Positions 44,684 to 55,066 of a stretch of 64,000 nucleotides of DNA are shown piece by piece. Positions within the stretch are counted from its first letter, which is position 1. Each line of letters starts with the position of its first letter. Location of the stretch: positions 256,001 to 320,000 of the IMG/VR virus record IMGVR_UViG_3300028048_000039; one strand, written 5' to 3'. This stretch comes from a virus. Its lineage: Duplodnaviria > Caudoviricetes. The position numbers and the translations under genes are program-made. The notes under the pieces were generated by a model. It did no database searches and was not told the origin of the DNA. It saw nothing but the letters and a program-made list of their open reading frames with translations.

Positions 44684-47600
44684 TTATTTATCTTTTTCTG
44701 TTTTTATTACTGCATTTATAACAAGTTCCTTTCTTAATACAACATCCCATATTTTTTCATATTGAGTATTTCTGAATATCTGATAATAGATATCCACGTC
44801 CTTTGTCTGCCCAATTCTGTAGCATCTATCCTCAAACTGTCTACAGGCTGAAGGTACGTAGTCAATGTCGTTGAATATAATAATATGAGAAGCAATAAGA
44901 TTTATACCAACGCCAGCAGCAATTATCTGTCCAATAAATACCATTACATTTGGGTCGTTGGTAAATGCTTCCTGTGCCGCATCTTTCTGCTTTGAGTTCA
45001 TCTTGCCATTATAAACAACACACTTATCTCCAAAATGCTCTTTGAGAATATTTAACTCATCATCATAGCAAGTTGCAATTACTACTTTTTCACCGTTTTT
45101 AATAAATTTTTCAGCAAGTTTTATTGTATTAGGAACCATTTGGTTAGAGCAGTATCTTCTGTAGATAGCACCTTCAAGAAGGTCTTTGTTTATTTCCTTC
45201 GTTGGGTCTGTTTCGAGTTGTGCTCTTTCATATTCTTCCCAAAGACGTTCATATTCCATTGTCTGTTGCATATCAAAGTCGTAACGGAGTTCGTGAAGTA
45301 TTTTTTTCGGCAGTCCTTCGTTTATTTCTTCTTTTATTCTACGGAGGTAAATACTTGAAATGATGCTTTTTAGTTCATCCAAATTTGATGCTCCATTAGT
45401 TATAGTTATCATTCTTGCATTTCTTCTGATATAATCTTTAAGTTCTTCTTTTTCGTTATCTGTTAACTCAAACCAATTATTTTTATGTTTATTTTTTAAA
45501 TAAATAGTAGTTAATCGGTTTTTTTCGCCTTTTGCGGGTATTTTTTTACTATCACAAAATCTACTCATGTAATATTCCCAATCTTCAGCAATATAATGTC
45601 CTATTAATTGGAGAAGACAGTACAGATTTTGAGGACTATTTGTAATCGGAGTGCCGGTAGCAAGGTAAATGCTGTCAGGATTACCTCTCTTGATGAGGTC
45701 CTTGATGATTTTATATCTTATGGAAGTATTATTTGACAATCTATGTGCCTCATCTATAATGATAAGTGACTTCCGATTGAATATATATCTTAACAATGGA
45801 CTATTTTGGAAAGCAATTTCAACGTTTTCCTTGCTTCTTGTTTTAGGGATTTCATAAAATTTATCAAGAATGTCAAAATTAATAATAATGAAACGATTTT
45901 CTTTCCAATTTCCTTGTTCTAATGCTTCTTTTCTTAATTCTTCAACCGAGAGGCCACTTTTTCCTTCTGCATAACCAAGAAATTTTTCAAGGTCACCCTT
46001 AGTTTTTCCATTAAAAGAGTCAATTAATGTTATATCACGCTCTGGAACATACCACATAAGTTCCCTTTTCCAATTTGTCTTAAGAGAAGCAGGACAGATA
46101 ATCAAAATTGAGTCAAAATTCCCTTCAACAGCGGCAACGGAAAGTTCATTGGTGTTATGAGTAACTATATAATTTTTACTTGTTAAATAAGTATGTTCTG
46201 AATAATCTACCATAAGACATCTAGCATCTCCGTTACGTACATATTCTGCAGAAACAATATATTTAGAGCAGTATTTTAAAAAAGTTGGATGATATTTTTC
46301 CGCTTTTCGTTTTAGATAAAATGGGTTAAATTTTACTTGTATTCTAACTTGATATTCAGGATTTATTTTACCTTTATGAATATATTTTCCTACTCTTGCA
46401 ACACCTCCAAGTGAAAAGACTAATTCGGCGATATCTTTTGCTAAAAGTTCAGAATTAGTAGAAAACGTTATCCTATTTTGTTTTCCAATAGTTCCATCAG
46501 TATCCATCAATCCCCTTAATAAGTCAATTCTTTGTTCTACAGAGCCAAATTTATATTCATCAGGAATAAATTTTTTAATCCCTACTATATTTAACCCAAG
46601 CCTTTTAATTTCAGTATAAAATTTGTTTTCATGCTGCCTTATTTTATGCTGTATTCTATATCTTGGACAAGAACTACTTCTATCTTCTTTGAGAATCATA
46701 TCTTCATTTAACAGTAAAGAAATACGCTCTGATGTTTCTCGTTCATTATCTGGTATCGAAATATTTATACTGCCACTGCATAAATTTCCATCTCCTATAC
46801 AAGCCCCAAGAATATAAGGATGTATTAAATATTTTTTTTCTTCGTATTCTACGGCATTTGAAACAGGAATTTCATATTTACTTCTTGGTTTCAGACCTTG
46901 TTTAATGCGATATTCATCAGAATATTGCAAACCGCTTTCAATCATTTCTTTTAAAGACATTGTCTTCCATCCCTGTTTCCTTTGGACCATATTTTTTGTT
47001 CTAACTTTCCATAAATGGTCAAGACCGCATTCGACTTGTGTTCCATCACTAAATTTAACTAAATATATTTCTTTATCTTTATGTTCAAAGATTTTAGTAA
47101 TTGGATGCGTCTTTCCGTCTTCACCGTAGATAAGGTCACCTATTTTAAGGTCCCCCATTAGTTTAAAGCCTTCTGTAGTGGGTATTAAAGAAGTAATTGG
47201 CTCCATTTTACCCAATCCCATGTCATCTGCCAATATACACTTTTTGCGGGATAATAAAAATTTTATAGCCTCCTTCTGGTGGTCCTTCAGCTTCCTGTTA
47301 GGGTCTTTCGCTGAGGAAAGTCTATCATAACGGTCAAAATCAACATTAACATTATGAAAATCTTCAACAAGAAAGTTATTAAGCACTGCCTTTTTAGGAA
47401 TAAAGAGCCTCAGCGGGTTCATGTTCTGCCTATATTTAACAATACAATGAAAAGCCCCATCTGTTACGGCCAATAATGTAAAGATTTTTAACTTTTTAGG
47501 AATGAATTCTATATCATATTCTTCCTGAAGCTTCTTTCCAAAGAAATCAACGATGTCAATAGTCTTGTTAATGGTTAGCGGGGTGAAGTTATGGTTCTTC

Positions 47601-47743
47601 AAGATATAATCAACATTAAATTCAGTAAGCAATGAAGTCCTACCCAATAGAAAAACATCCCTTTGCATCTCCAGGAGATGAGGGTTATTGCCTTTGTAAT
47701 TTCTTAAAAGGTCTATTGCTTCATTTTTTGCTTTATTCGTCAT
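44684..47743 (-). CDS. SNF2/HARP-family helicase (intein-containing)
   Basis: LADDMGLGK|T, IICPASLK.NW, IIDEAH, ATGTP, GVGINL, QFEDRCYRIGQ. Confidence 0.92.
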   Translation of the reverse strand: MTNKAKNEAIDLLRNYKGNNPHLLEMQRDVFLLGRTSLLTEFNVDYILKNHNFTPLTINKTIDIVDFFGKKLQEEYDIEFIPKKLKIFTLLAVTDGAFHCIVKYRQNMNPLRLFIPKKAVLNNFLVEDFHNVNVDFDRYDRLSSAKDPNRKLKDHQKEAIKFLLSRKKCILADDMGLGKMEPITSLIPTTEGFKLMGDLKIGDLIYGEDGKTHPITKIFEHKDKEIYLVKFSDGTQVECGLDHLWKVRTKNMVQRKQGWKTMSLKEMIESGLQYSDEYRIKQGLKPRSKYEIPVSNAVEYEEKKYLIHPYILGACIGDGNLCSGSINISIPDNERETSERISLLLNEDMILKEDRSSSCPRYRIQHKIRQHENKFYTEIKRLGLNIVGIKKFIPDEYKFGSVEQRIDLLRGLMDTDGTIGKQNRITFSTNSELLAKDIAELVFSLGGVARVGKYIHKGKINPEYQVRIQVKFNPFYLKRKAEKYHPTFLKYCSKYIVSAEYVRNGDARCLMVDYSEHTYLTSKNYIVTHNTNELSVAAVEGNFDSILIICPASLKTNWKRELMWYVPERDITLIDSFNGKTKGDLEKFLGYAEGKSGLSVEELRKEALEQGNWKENRFIIINFDILDKFYEIPKTRSKENVEIAFQNSPLLRYIFNRKSLIIIDEAHRLSNNTSIRYKIIKDLIKRGNPDSIYLATGTPITNSPQNLYCLLQLIGHYIAEDWEYYMSRFCDSKKIPAKGEKNRLTTIYLKNKHKNNWFELTDNEKEELKDYIRRNARMITITNGASNLDELKSIISSIYLRRIKEEINEGLPKKILHELRYDFDMQQTMEYERLWEEYERAQLETDPTKEINKDLLEGAIYRRYCSNQMVPNTIKLAEKFIKNGEKVVIATCYDDELNILKEHFGDKCVVYNGKMNSKQKDAAQEAFTNDPNVMVFIGQIIAAGVGINLIASHIIIFNDIDYVPSACRQFEDRCYRIGQTKDVDIYYQIFRNTQYEKIWDVVLRKELVINAVIKTEKDK
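46154..47206 (-). mobile_element. class-3 intein with LAGLIDADG endonuclease (351 aa) in helicase Walker A
   Basis: Starts MEPITS after GLGK and ends IVTHN before T. Block B HLW, block F ARCLMV, block G THN; LLRGLMDTDG. Confidence 0.88.
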
Positions 47744-47774
47744 CTTGAGTAACTACATAATTTAGGTTATTGTA

Positions 47775-47803
47775 AATATATAATTTTTTTATTTTAAAAA
47801 CAA
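47775..47803 (-). promoter_or_regulatory. early/middle-type promoter (helicase)
   Basis: TTGTTT-N17-TATATT. Confidence 0.5.
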
Positions 47804-47902
47804 ATATTATTAATAATTTTTATATTATTTAAATTATTATAATATTATTATATAATATTATTTTATTAAAATAATTATCACGCATGCGTGCGTGCGTGTG
47901 AG
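47804..47902. other. pure-AT tract next to alternating purine-pyrimidine palindrome (possible origin)
   Basis: About 75 nt of only A/T, then cacgcatgcgtgcgtgcgtgtg, at a divergent strand switch. Confidence 0.35.
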
Positions 47903-47920
47903 GTTTTTTGTTTCTGAGAA

Positions 47921-47928
47921 CTATTTAT
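47921..47928 (+). promoter_or_regulatory. late promoter motif CTATTTAT
   Basis: Recurrent intergenic motif. Confidence 0.7.
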
Positions 47929-47948
47929 GAAAAATAAAACAACTAGAG

Positions 47949-48488
47949 ATGGCTCTTCAAAATAAAGATAAAAAGAAAAAGGTACCTGTTACGAGGAATA
48001 ATAAGTTCTTCAGTGGGGAAGATTTTGCCCTTGAACTGGATTTTGCTACTGAATATTTGGAACAAGATGCAAACCAGACAATAATTCTTTATCGTGTGGA
48101 CCTTGAAAAGACAAAAGTAAGTGACATTTACCATGAAGCAAAGAAAGATGCTGTTCGTTTCCTTCCACCAATAGAATTACCTGTTATCTTTGAGGTTGAA
48201 GATGCTGAATTAAAGGCATATAATACTAAATTACAGAAAGGTATGTATGCTCAAACTGGTAAATTAAAATTTAGTGTATTATTAAGGACCCTTGAGGAAA
48301 ATAACTGTGACATAAGTCGTGGTGATTACATTGGTGTCCAAATTACGCCAGAACATCGTGAGTATTTTACTGTTTCTGATGATGGAAGAGTTGAAATGAC
48401 CGCAAATAAGATGACGATGTACGGTACTATGCCTTATGCAAGGACAATTACCTGTGCTTCTGTCGATGCTAATGAATTTGAAGGATAA
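47949..48488 (+). CDS. head closure/neck protein (gp14-like)
   Basis: QTIILYRVD..KT..DIYHEA....F.PPIEL; DISRGDYI; lies before the tail terminator and sheath. Confidence 0.6.
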   Translation: MALQNKDKKKKVPVTRNNKFFSGEDFALELDFATEYLEQDANQTIILYRVDLEKTKVSDIYHEAKKDAVRFLPPIELPVIFEVEDAELKAYNTKLQKGMYAQTGKLKFSVLLRTLEENNCDISRGDYIGVQITPEHREYFTVSDDGRVEMTANKMTMYGTMPYARTITCASVDANEFEG

Positions 48489-48495
48489 TTGAGAT

Positions 48496-49584
48496 ATGAG
48501 TAGAGAGTATAAAAATGTCCTTGACCTACGAAATGAGGCTTATGGTCCTGAGAGGAGAAGAAATATAGCAAAGGAAATGCTTAAGGACTCCACTCCGTTT
48601 CCAAATCCGCTAGAATATAAAGATATTGATGAGGAATTTAGGAGATGGGTTGAAGAGGACCTTGATATTTCTTATGACGGGGAACGCCTTCCTACCATTG
48701 CATTATTCTCCAACCAGAGATTTTCTGAATATATGCAGTCTTGGGCTAGCGTAGATGTAAAGAAGAACATATTGCTCAATTTTAAGACCATCACAAGGGA
48801 AAATAATCCAAAGGGTGGTTCCATCCTTGGTCAGACCAGAAACATTCCAGGAGATAAGACCTTTTTAATGCAGAGAGTAGAGCGTCAGGACGATGCCGGC
48901 AGAAAATATTATATTGATTATCGAGTAAAACAGCCGTTTGCAATTGATATGCTTTACACAATAAGCATTGTTACTAACAAGTATGAATTACTTAATGAGT
49001 TTAACCAGAAGGTAAATGATAAATTTAAAGCAATTGACTGCTACATTAGACCAAAGGGACACTTTATTCCAATGAAACTTACTGATATTTCCGATGAATC
49101 AGAATATAGCATTGATAACAGGCAGTTCTATTCCCAATCCTATGCTGTGACGGTGATGGCTTATATAGTTCCTGAGGATAGTTTTGAGGTTAAGGAGCAA
49201 CCAAGGCTTGCATTTTTGGGTTACGAAGGGGACGATTTGAGAACATCTTACGCTGACATCGAAGAATTACCTTGTGATTATGACGAAAAATGCCCTTATG
49301 GTTATGTTCCAACTGATATTACTATTCACTTTGGAAAGTGTGATAGTTCCTATAAATTTAAAATAGATACTGACTTTAATACTAAAAGTTTTGAATTAAA
49401 AAACGTCAGAAGCTTTAAAATGTATGTAAATGATACAGAAGTAGAGCTAAATGATAACCTTAAGGTAAAAAAGAATGATGAAATAAAGATTAAAGGTTTA
49501 AAAAAGACAAATCCTTATGAGGATTCTGAGATAAAGATAGCTGGTTATTGTCCAAGTGAAACCTATGAAATGGAAAAAGCCTAA
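48496..49584 (+). CDS. tail terminator/sheath stabiliser-like protein (gp15-like)
   Basis: DIDEEF, P.AIDMLYTISI.T, RQFYSQSY.VTV.AY; position upstream of the sheath. Confidence 0.55.
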   Translation: MSREYKNVLDLRNEAYGPERRRNIAKEMLKDSTPFPNPLEYKDIDEEFRRWVEEDLDISYDGERLPTIALFSNQRFSEYMQSWASVDVKKNILLNFKTITRENNPKGGSILGQTRNIPGDKTFLMQRVERQDDAGRKYYIDYRVKQPFAIDMLYTISIVTNKYELLNEFNQKVNDKFKAIDCYIRPKGHFIPMKLTDISDESEYSIDNRQFYSQSYAVTVMAYIVPEDSFEVKEQPRLAFLGYEGDDLRTSYADIEELPCDYDEKCPYGYVPTDITIHFGKCDSSYKFKIDTDFNTKSFELKNVRSFKMYVNDTEVELNDNLKVKKNDEIKIKGLKKTNPYEDSEIKIAGYCPSETYEMEKA

Positions 49585-49622
49585 TATTTTAGCTCAAAAA
49601 AAGATTTTTTGAAATATTTAAT

Positions 49623-49630
49623 CTATTTAT
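49623..49630 (+). promoter_or_regulatory. late promoter motif CTATTTAT (sheath)
   Basis: Recurrent intergenic motif. Confidence 0.7.
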
Positions 49631-49664
49631 TAGAAAATAATAAAGTTAAAAATAAGTTTAGAAT

Positions 49665-52466
49665 ATGATTAGTGATGCAAGAGGTGGCCACGTTTCACCT
49701 GGTATTTACACAGAGGAGAAAGATGTTACCTATTCAGTCAAGAGTCTTGGTATAACAAGTCTTGGACTTGTTGGTGAAACTCTTTACGGACCAGCATTTG
49801 AAAATGTAGAAATCAAGGATTGGTCTGAGTTTGTTGACTACTTTGGTGGTACATCTCCTGAGAAATTCAAGGGTAATGGCCTTCCAAAATATGAATTACC
49901 TTATATAGCAAAGAGCTATCTTGAACAATCAAAGAGTCTTAACGTTGTACGTGTTCTTGGTCTCTCTGGTTATGACGCAGGAAAGGCTTATGTTATTAAG
50001 TCAACCAATACTGGAAATCCAGCTATCATCCTTAGAAGTAAGATGACATATGATTTTAATCCAAGCGATATTTGCAACCCTAACCCAGACGATAAACCTT
50101 CTGAGGTTGTTGAGAGTATTGAAATAGGACCTTATACACCAGTTGTTTATAATTCAGTATGTCTCCCAGAGAACAGTAAAAGTGAAAAAATTAATGCAGA
50201 CGGTAAGTTCAGCATTATAGTTAATTGTGTTAGTGGATTTGGATATTCAGATAAATATGTTTATAATGTTTCATTGAATTCAAGTGATAGTGATTACATT
50301 TATAGAGTAATTAGTAGTGACCCTTCAACTGGTACTACCCCAATCTACATTGAGGCTGTTTATGAGAGTTCATTTGAAAATAATTATGAATATTATGAAG
50401 TACTTTCAGCAGGCACTGAAGTTTCTGGTAAAACTGAAGTTCATTGGGAATTTAATTGTACTAAGATTGATGAACTTCCATCAGGTGCGACTAATATTTT
50501 CGAAACAACTGATTTTGAAAGTCATAAACTGAATAGTTCTTCTTCTACAAAGCCTTATGACTACGTTATTTATGAAATAGTTGATAAGGTTGACCAGGAA
50601 ATACTTCCATTAGATGATGAAAAGTTCTGGAACTTTAAGGAAGAATATCGTCCAGCCCAGACCCCTTGGTTCGTATCTGAGGCGTATGCTTCTACTGAAG
50701 GTGACGGAGAGTCTGCAGCCACAAAGGTTACAATGAAGAAACTCTTCAAGTTTATAACAATTTCTGATGGTGATGCCGCTAACTATCAAGTTAAGGTTTC
50801 AATTCAGAATATTAAACCTGAAGATGGTACATTTGACGTAGTAGTTCGTGACTTCAACGATACTGACGTAGCACCAATAATTCTTGAGAGATTTACAAGG
50901 TGTTCATTAGCAGAAGGAAGTTCTTCTTATCTTGCTTACAAGATTGGTAGCTTCGACGGTGGTTATGTTTCAAAGTCTAAGTTCATTACCGTTGAGATGG
51001 CAGACCAGGAAGACCTTTCAGGTTCAGTACCTTGCGGTATAATTGGTTATCCAATTCCTGAGTATGTAGAAGGAAAGACAGTAAAAGTTGGTTACAATAC
51101 AGTATTTAACCCATCACTTAAGGCTAAGAGACAGTATTTTGGCGGAATGGATGACATAGACATAATCAAGTACAAGGGTAAATATGCTTATGATAACCAG
51201 GGTGATGCAGACCCAGATAAGATTACTAATGGTTTCCACATGGACTCCATTATTTCTCACGCTACTTCTGCAACAGTTTATGTTGACGGCGTTAATAATT
51301 ATGTATTTGATACTGTTTCAGTTAATAAGGTTACTTCCGATGATTATGAACCAAGAATGATTAATGCTTCTTATATTAACAACACAATTTATAAGGACAT
51401 TAACACTCGTAAATTTACCGTTTATTTCTACGGCGGTTTCGATGGTTGGGACATTAATCGTGAAGCTCGTACAAATACTGACGATTACAAGGCTACTAAG
51501 TATGCTGTAACAAATTCCGACGTATTTACAAATGTTGAAACAAATGGTCTTAATAGAGCACTTGACCTTCCTTCAACCGCAATTACCAGTGACTACTATG
51601 CATACCTTGCAGGTTACAGAGTATTTGCTAATCCTCAGGATGTCGACATTAACTTGTTAGCAACTCCTGGTATTGACTGGTATAATAACAATCTCCTTGT
51701 TGAGGACGTTATTGACATCGTTGAAGATAGGGATAACCGTGGTGGTGACGTACTTTATGTAATGAATTCACCATTCGTTGTAGATGGCGAAATGCTTTCT
51801 CCAAGTGAACTTGCAGACGAGTTTGTTTCAAGAGAAATTGATTCATCATACGTATGTACATATTATCCTTGGATAATGTATTACGATAGCTCTAACAAGA
51901 GATACGTAAATCTTTCTCCAACCAAGGACGTTGTTCGTGATATGGCCGAAACTGATAACAATTTCTTCCCTTGGTTTGCACCAGCAGGTATGCAGCGTGG
52001 TGAAGTAAATTGTATCAAGGCTGCCTTCAAGACCACTCTTGATGATGAAGATACTCTTTATGAGAATATGATTAACCCAGTAAAGACATTTGCTAAGGAC
52101 GGTGTTAAGATTTGGGGTAACAAGACTGCTTACAGAGCAGAGAGCCCACTTAACAGAATTAATGTTCGTAGACTTATGATTAGGGTTAAGAAGCTCGTAA
52201 CTGAGGCAGCTAAGGACCTTATCTTCGAACAGTATGATGACACTCTTGAAAAGCAATTCAGAGGCCTTGTAGAGCCTATTCTCGCAGACGTTAAGTCTAA
52301 CAGAGGTATCTACGATTACAGAGTAATCACCGAGGTAACTGAAGAAACAAGAGACCAACACATACTTCCTGCAAAGATACTTATCAAACCTACACCAACT
52401 CTCGAATACATCAGTATATCATTTGTTGTATACCCAGAGAGTGTATCTTTCGAAAGTGAGTCTTAG
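49665..52466 (+). CDS. tail sheath protein (gp18-like)
   Basis: VSPGIYTEEKD, GETLYGPAFE, PWFAPAG..RG, IWGNKT, LNRINVRRL, LIFEQ. Confidence 0.95.
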   Translation: MISDARGGHVSPGIYTEEKDVTYSVKSLGITSLGLVGETLYGPAFENVEIKDWSEFVDYFGGTSPEKFKGNGLPKYELPYIAKSYLEQSKSLNVVRVLGLSGYDAGKAYVIKSTNTGNPAIILRSKMTYDFNPSDICNPNPDDKPSEVVESIEIGPYTPVVYNSVCLPENSKSEKINADGKFSIIVNCVSGFGYSDKYVYNVSLNSSDSDYIYRVISSDPSTGTTPIYIEAVYESSFENNYEYYEVLSAGTEVSGKTEVHWEFNCTKIDELPSGATNIFETTDFESHKLNSSSSTKPYDYVIYEIVDKVDQEILPLDDEKFWNFKEEYRPAQTPWFVSEAYASTEGDGESAATKVTMKKLFKFITISDGDAANYQVKVSIQNIKPEDGTFDVVVRDFNDTDVAPIILERFTRCSLAEGSSSYLAYKIGSFDGGYVSKSKFITVEMADQEDLSGSVPCGIIGYPIPEYVEGKTVKVGYNTVFNPSLKAKRQYFGGMDDIDIIKYKGKYAYDNQGDADPDKITNGFHMDSIISHATSATVYVDGVNNYVFDTVSVNKVTSDDYEPRMINASYINNTIYKDINTRKFTVYFYGGFDGWDINREARTNTDDYKATKYAVTNSDVFTNVETNGLNRALDLPSTAITSDYYAYLAGYRVFANPQDVDINLLATPGIDWYNNNLLVEDVIDIVEDRDNRGGDVLYVMNSPFVVDGEMLSPSELADEFVSREIDSSYVCTYYPWIMYYDSSNKRYVNLSPTKDVVRDMAETDNNFFPWFAPAGMQRGEVNCIKAAFKTTLDDEDTLYENMINPVKTFAKDGVKIWGNKTAYRAESPLNRINVRRLMIRVKKLVTEAAKDLIFEQYDDTLEKQFRGLVEPILADVKSNRGIYDYRVITEVTEETRDQHILPAKILIKPTPTLEYISISFVVYPESVSFESES

Positions 52467-52491
52467 TAGTTAAAAGATTTTGCAAAATGAA

Positions 52492-52522
52492 GAAATCCGT
52501 ACAGAAATGTGCGGATTTTTTT
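52492..52522 (+). terminator. intrinsic terminator
   Basis: aaatccgtaca-gaaa-tgtgcggattt followed by a T-run. Confidence 0.8.
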
Positions 52523-52591
52523 ATCTAAATTGGTCTTTATAAAAACAAAGTTTTTATGTATTTAAAAACTCGGCAATTTAAGACTTGCTTA

Positions 52592-52599
52592 CTATTTAT
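52592..52599 (+). promoter_or_regulatory. late promoter motif CTATTTAT
   Basis: Recurrent intergenic motif. Confidence 0.7.
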
Positions 52600-52624
52600 G
52601 TAAAAAATAGTCTATTCTATTGCA

Positions 52625-53230
52625 ATGAGAGTATATAATAAACGAAGCAACATATTACAAAATAACGAACCAGTACTTCCCGCCCCATCTTCATTGGAAT
52701 ATGGCGAGTTGTCAATTAATTATGCTGCAGGGCATGAAACAATAGCAATAAAGAACGATAATAACGAGATTATAACCTTTTTACCTGGTAAACAGGGTCC
52801 TCAAGGTCCTCAGGGAGAACAAGGAGAAGTTGGAGTACAAGGACCGCAGGGGATAGGTGGTGCTCAGGGACCACAGGGTGCTGATGGTACAAGCGGTGAT
52901 GAAGGAAAGCAAGGACCTCAAGGTGCTAACGGTTCTAATGGAACTGATGGTAAGCAAGGCCCACAGGGTGCCGATGGTATAAATGGAAAACAGGGTCCTC
53001 AGGGAGTAAATGGTTCTAACGGAACCAACGGTACTAATGGAAAGCAAGGACCTCAAGGTCCAGAAGGGCCAAGCACAATTCCTACAATTGGAACAGGAGA
53101 TGAAGGAAAGGTACTTAAGGTGGTAAACGGCATTTGGGCATTAGTTACACCAATTAATGTATATTCAGGTTCAGGAACCCCTCCTGCATCTGTAGGAATT
53201 GGCGGAGATTTATATTTACAGACAAGTTAG
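52625..53230 (+). CDS. collagen-like fibre protein
   Basis: About 31 Gly-X-Y triplets (GKQGPQG); N-terminal [10 protein letters not shown] fibre-anchor motif. Confidence 0.8.
   Translation: MRVYNKRSNILQNNEPVLPAPSSLEYGELSINYAAGHETIAIKNDNNEIITFLPGKQGPQGPQGEQGEVGVQGPQGIGGAQGPQGADGTSGDEGKQGPQGANGSNGTDGKQGPQGADGINGKQGPQGVNGSNGTNGTNGKQGPQGPEGPSTIPTIGTGDEGKVLKVVNGIWALVTPINVYSGSGTPPASVGIGGDLYLQTS
52786..53070 (+). repeat. collagen Gly-X-Y coding repeats
   Basis: Repeated ggtaagcaaggacctcaaggt-like units. Confidence 0.85.
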
Positions 53231-53313
53231 TTCTTAGATAAGGAAAATAAATATTGGGATAGTAAATCTTGTGTAAGCAAGCATATTATTACTTATTAAA
53301 AAAAATTGTTACT

Positions 53314-54615
53314 ATGTCGTATTTTATTAAGATAGATAATATATGGACAAAAATATTGACTTGCTATAAGAGAGAAAATAATGTATGGCTTGAAATAAAT
53401 CAGGCTGAACTTACTCAATATTTAAATACTAATATTTCCTTTTATGCAGGACATATTAGTGGTGACCATACCCTATCGGTAGTAGGCGCTACAAATGTCA
53501 GTGGAGAGACAAGTTCTTATATTGCATTATATGATGGCCGTTATGACGTTACAAGTGCCGCAATTTGGCTTATCTTAACGGGTAGTACATATGCAACCAT
53601 TGGGGAGCATACAGGTATTGTAACAATATTATCATCAGCAACTGCATCTAATGTTTCGATAGGGGCATCTTATCAGGGATTAACTGATGTTAAAGACTTA
53701 GTTCTTACTTATAAATCAGGAAGTAGTGCCCATACCGACGTGGAAGTTATTGTTGATGAAAGTGGTAACACAGAAACAACCACAATTACAGTAATTGAAA
53801 ATGAAGATGGAAGTTCAAATACAACTTCAACCACAATTATTACCGATGAAAGCGGAAATACCATTGGTTCGCAGAAATCTGAAACAAATACCAACGCTGA
53901 TGGCTCTTATAATGGGTCCACTACCAACTATAATGAAAATGGTGAAGCAACTGATACAACCAACGTTACTGGCGATACCCAAGGAAACGTTGACACTCAG
54001 GATATCGTTTACGATGACCAAGGTGTTCCTACGGTAACTGGATATACCATTGATACTTCTAATAATCCTGAAGGAAGTAAAGACATTACAGGTGACGGAG
54101 TTAATACGGGGTTCTATCCGTTTGATGGCGGAGACGGATTTGAACTACACATTAAGTTTAGGTCAGCAAAGTTAGAACAGCCAAATCCACCACTTGTTGA
54201 GGATACAGAAGATAAAGGTAGCAACTATCACTTTACTATCTTGTGTTCCAAAGACCCACGTTCTCCTTATCCAGGATTCCACATACGGTGGACACTTTCT
54301 AAAACCAACTACAATTCAGGAAACCTTGTTTTTGGATACAGAGGAAGAACGGGAAGTTCAACAAACAGAAGTCTTGCACTATCCAAGCATGACAATTTGT
54401 ACGAATACCGTATTGTCTATGACCCTGAATTGAAGAAGTATCCTAGTAAGTTTAGGTGTGAAGACCTTCTAAACGGTGCTGCTACAATTTCGTTGAATAT
54501 CGACTTTAATCCACTCAACTACGGACTTACCTTAGGTTACAACATTAACATGTCTGGAGAGCCTTACAGATATTCTAATGTAGATATTCTTGAATTTAGT
54601 GTTACAAAACTATAG
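53314..54615 (+). CDS. fibre/decoration protein with Ig-like domain and Thr-rich repeats
   Basis: Start reset to ATG 53314; Ig-like W..LTGS.YATI..TG segment; repeated T..T..DE.GN / N.DGS hairpins. Confidence 0.6.
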   Translation: MSYFIKIDNIWTKILTCYKRENNVWLEINQAELTQYLNTNISFYAGHISGDHTLSVVGATNVSGETSSYIALYDGRYDVTSAAIWLILTGSTYATIGEHTGIVTILSSATASNVSIGASYQGLTDVKDLVLTYKSGSSAHTDVEVIVDESGNTETTTITVIENEDGSSNTTSTTIITDESGNTIGSQKSETNTNADGSYNGSTTNYNENGEATDTTNVTGDTQGNVDTQDIVYDDQGVPTVTGYTIDTSNNPEGSKDITGDGVNTGFYPFDGGDGFELHIKFRSAKLEQPNPPLVEDTEDKGSNYHFTILCSKDPRSPYPGFHIRWTLSKTNYNSGNLVFGYRGRTGSSTNRSLALSKHDNLYEYRIVYDPELKKYPSKFRCEDLLNGAATISLNIDFNPLNYGLTLGYNINMSGEPYRYSNVDILEFSVTKL

Positions 54616-54693
54616 CAAAAATTTTCCCATTTTTGGCGATTGTTTATGCAATAAAATTCTCGAATTTGAAGTACATAAATTGTATTTTTTTTA

Positions 54694-54701
54694 CTATTTA
54701 T
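54694..54701 (+). promoter_or_regulatory. late promoter motif CTATTTAT
   Basis: Recurrent intergenic motif. Confidence 0.7.
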
Positions 54702-54719
54702 AAGAAAAAGAGGACTGTT

Positions 54720-55064
54720 ATGAAAAAATTCGTTTTACTTTTATTTTTTGCCTCAATAGTAGGTAGCTGTTGTTTATTCCGTCATGGTCATAAAGACAAA
54801 GATGGAGTAATCTCTGGTGCTAGTATGAGGACAGAGTTCTCATTTGAGGCTACTATGCAGCAAGTTGACTCTGTATGCATAGCTGATACACTTCCGACAC
54901 TTAATAAGTGGCTTTCAAGAAAGTTTGAAGACTTTGAAACCGGGTTCATTAATGAAAAACTCATGTATATCAAAGTTTTGAATAATAAGAAAGAGGTAAT
55001 CTACATTCTTCTCATTGATAAAGAAGAACCTTACCCATTTGAGAAAAGAGTTGCGGAGAAATAG
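54720..55064 (+). CDS. putative lipoprotein
   Basis: MKKFVLLLFFASIVGSC signal peptide with lipobox; start reset to 54720. Confidence 0.7.
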   Translation: MKKFVLLLFFASIVGSCCLFRHGHKDKDGVISGASMRTEFSFEATMQQVDSVCIADTLPTLNKWLSRKFEDFETGFINEKLMYIKVLNNKKEVIYILLIDKEEPYPFEKRVAEK

Positions 55065-55066
55065 TT

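Noticed and set aside
45500-45507. CTATTTAT motif inside the helicase gene
   Set aside because: It is intragenic, about 800 nt from the next start, and plausible by chance in AT-rich DNA.
52625-54615. Diversity-generating retroelement acting on fibre genes
   Set aside because: No reverse transcriptase or template/variable repeat pair is visible in this window.
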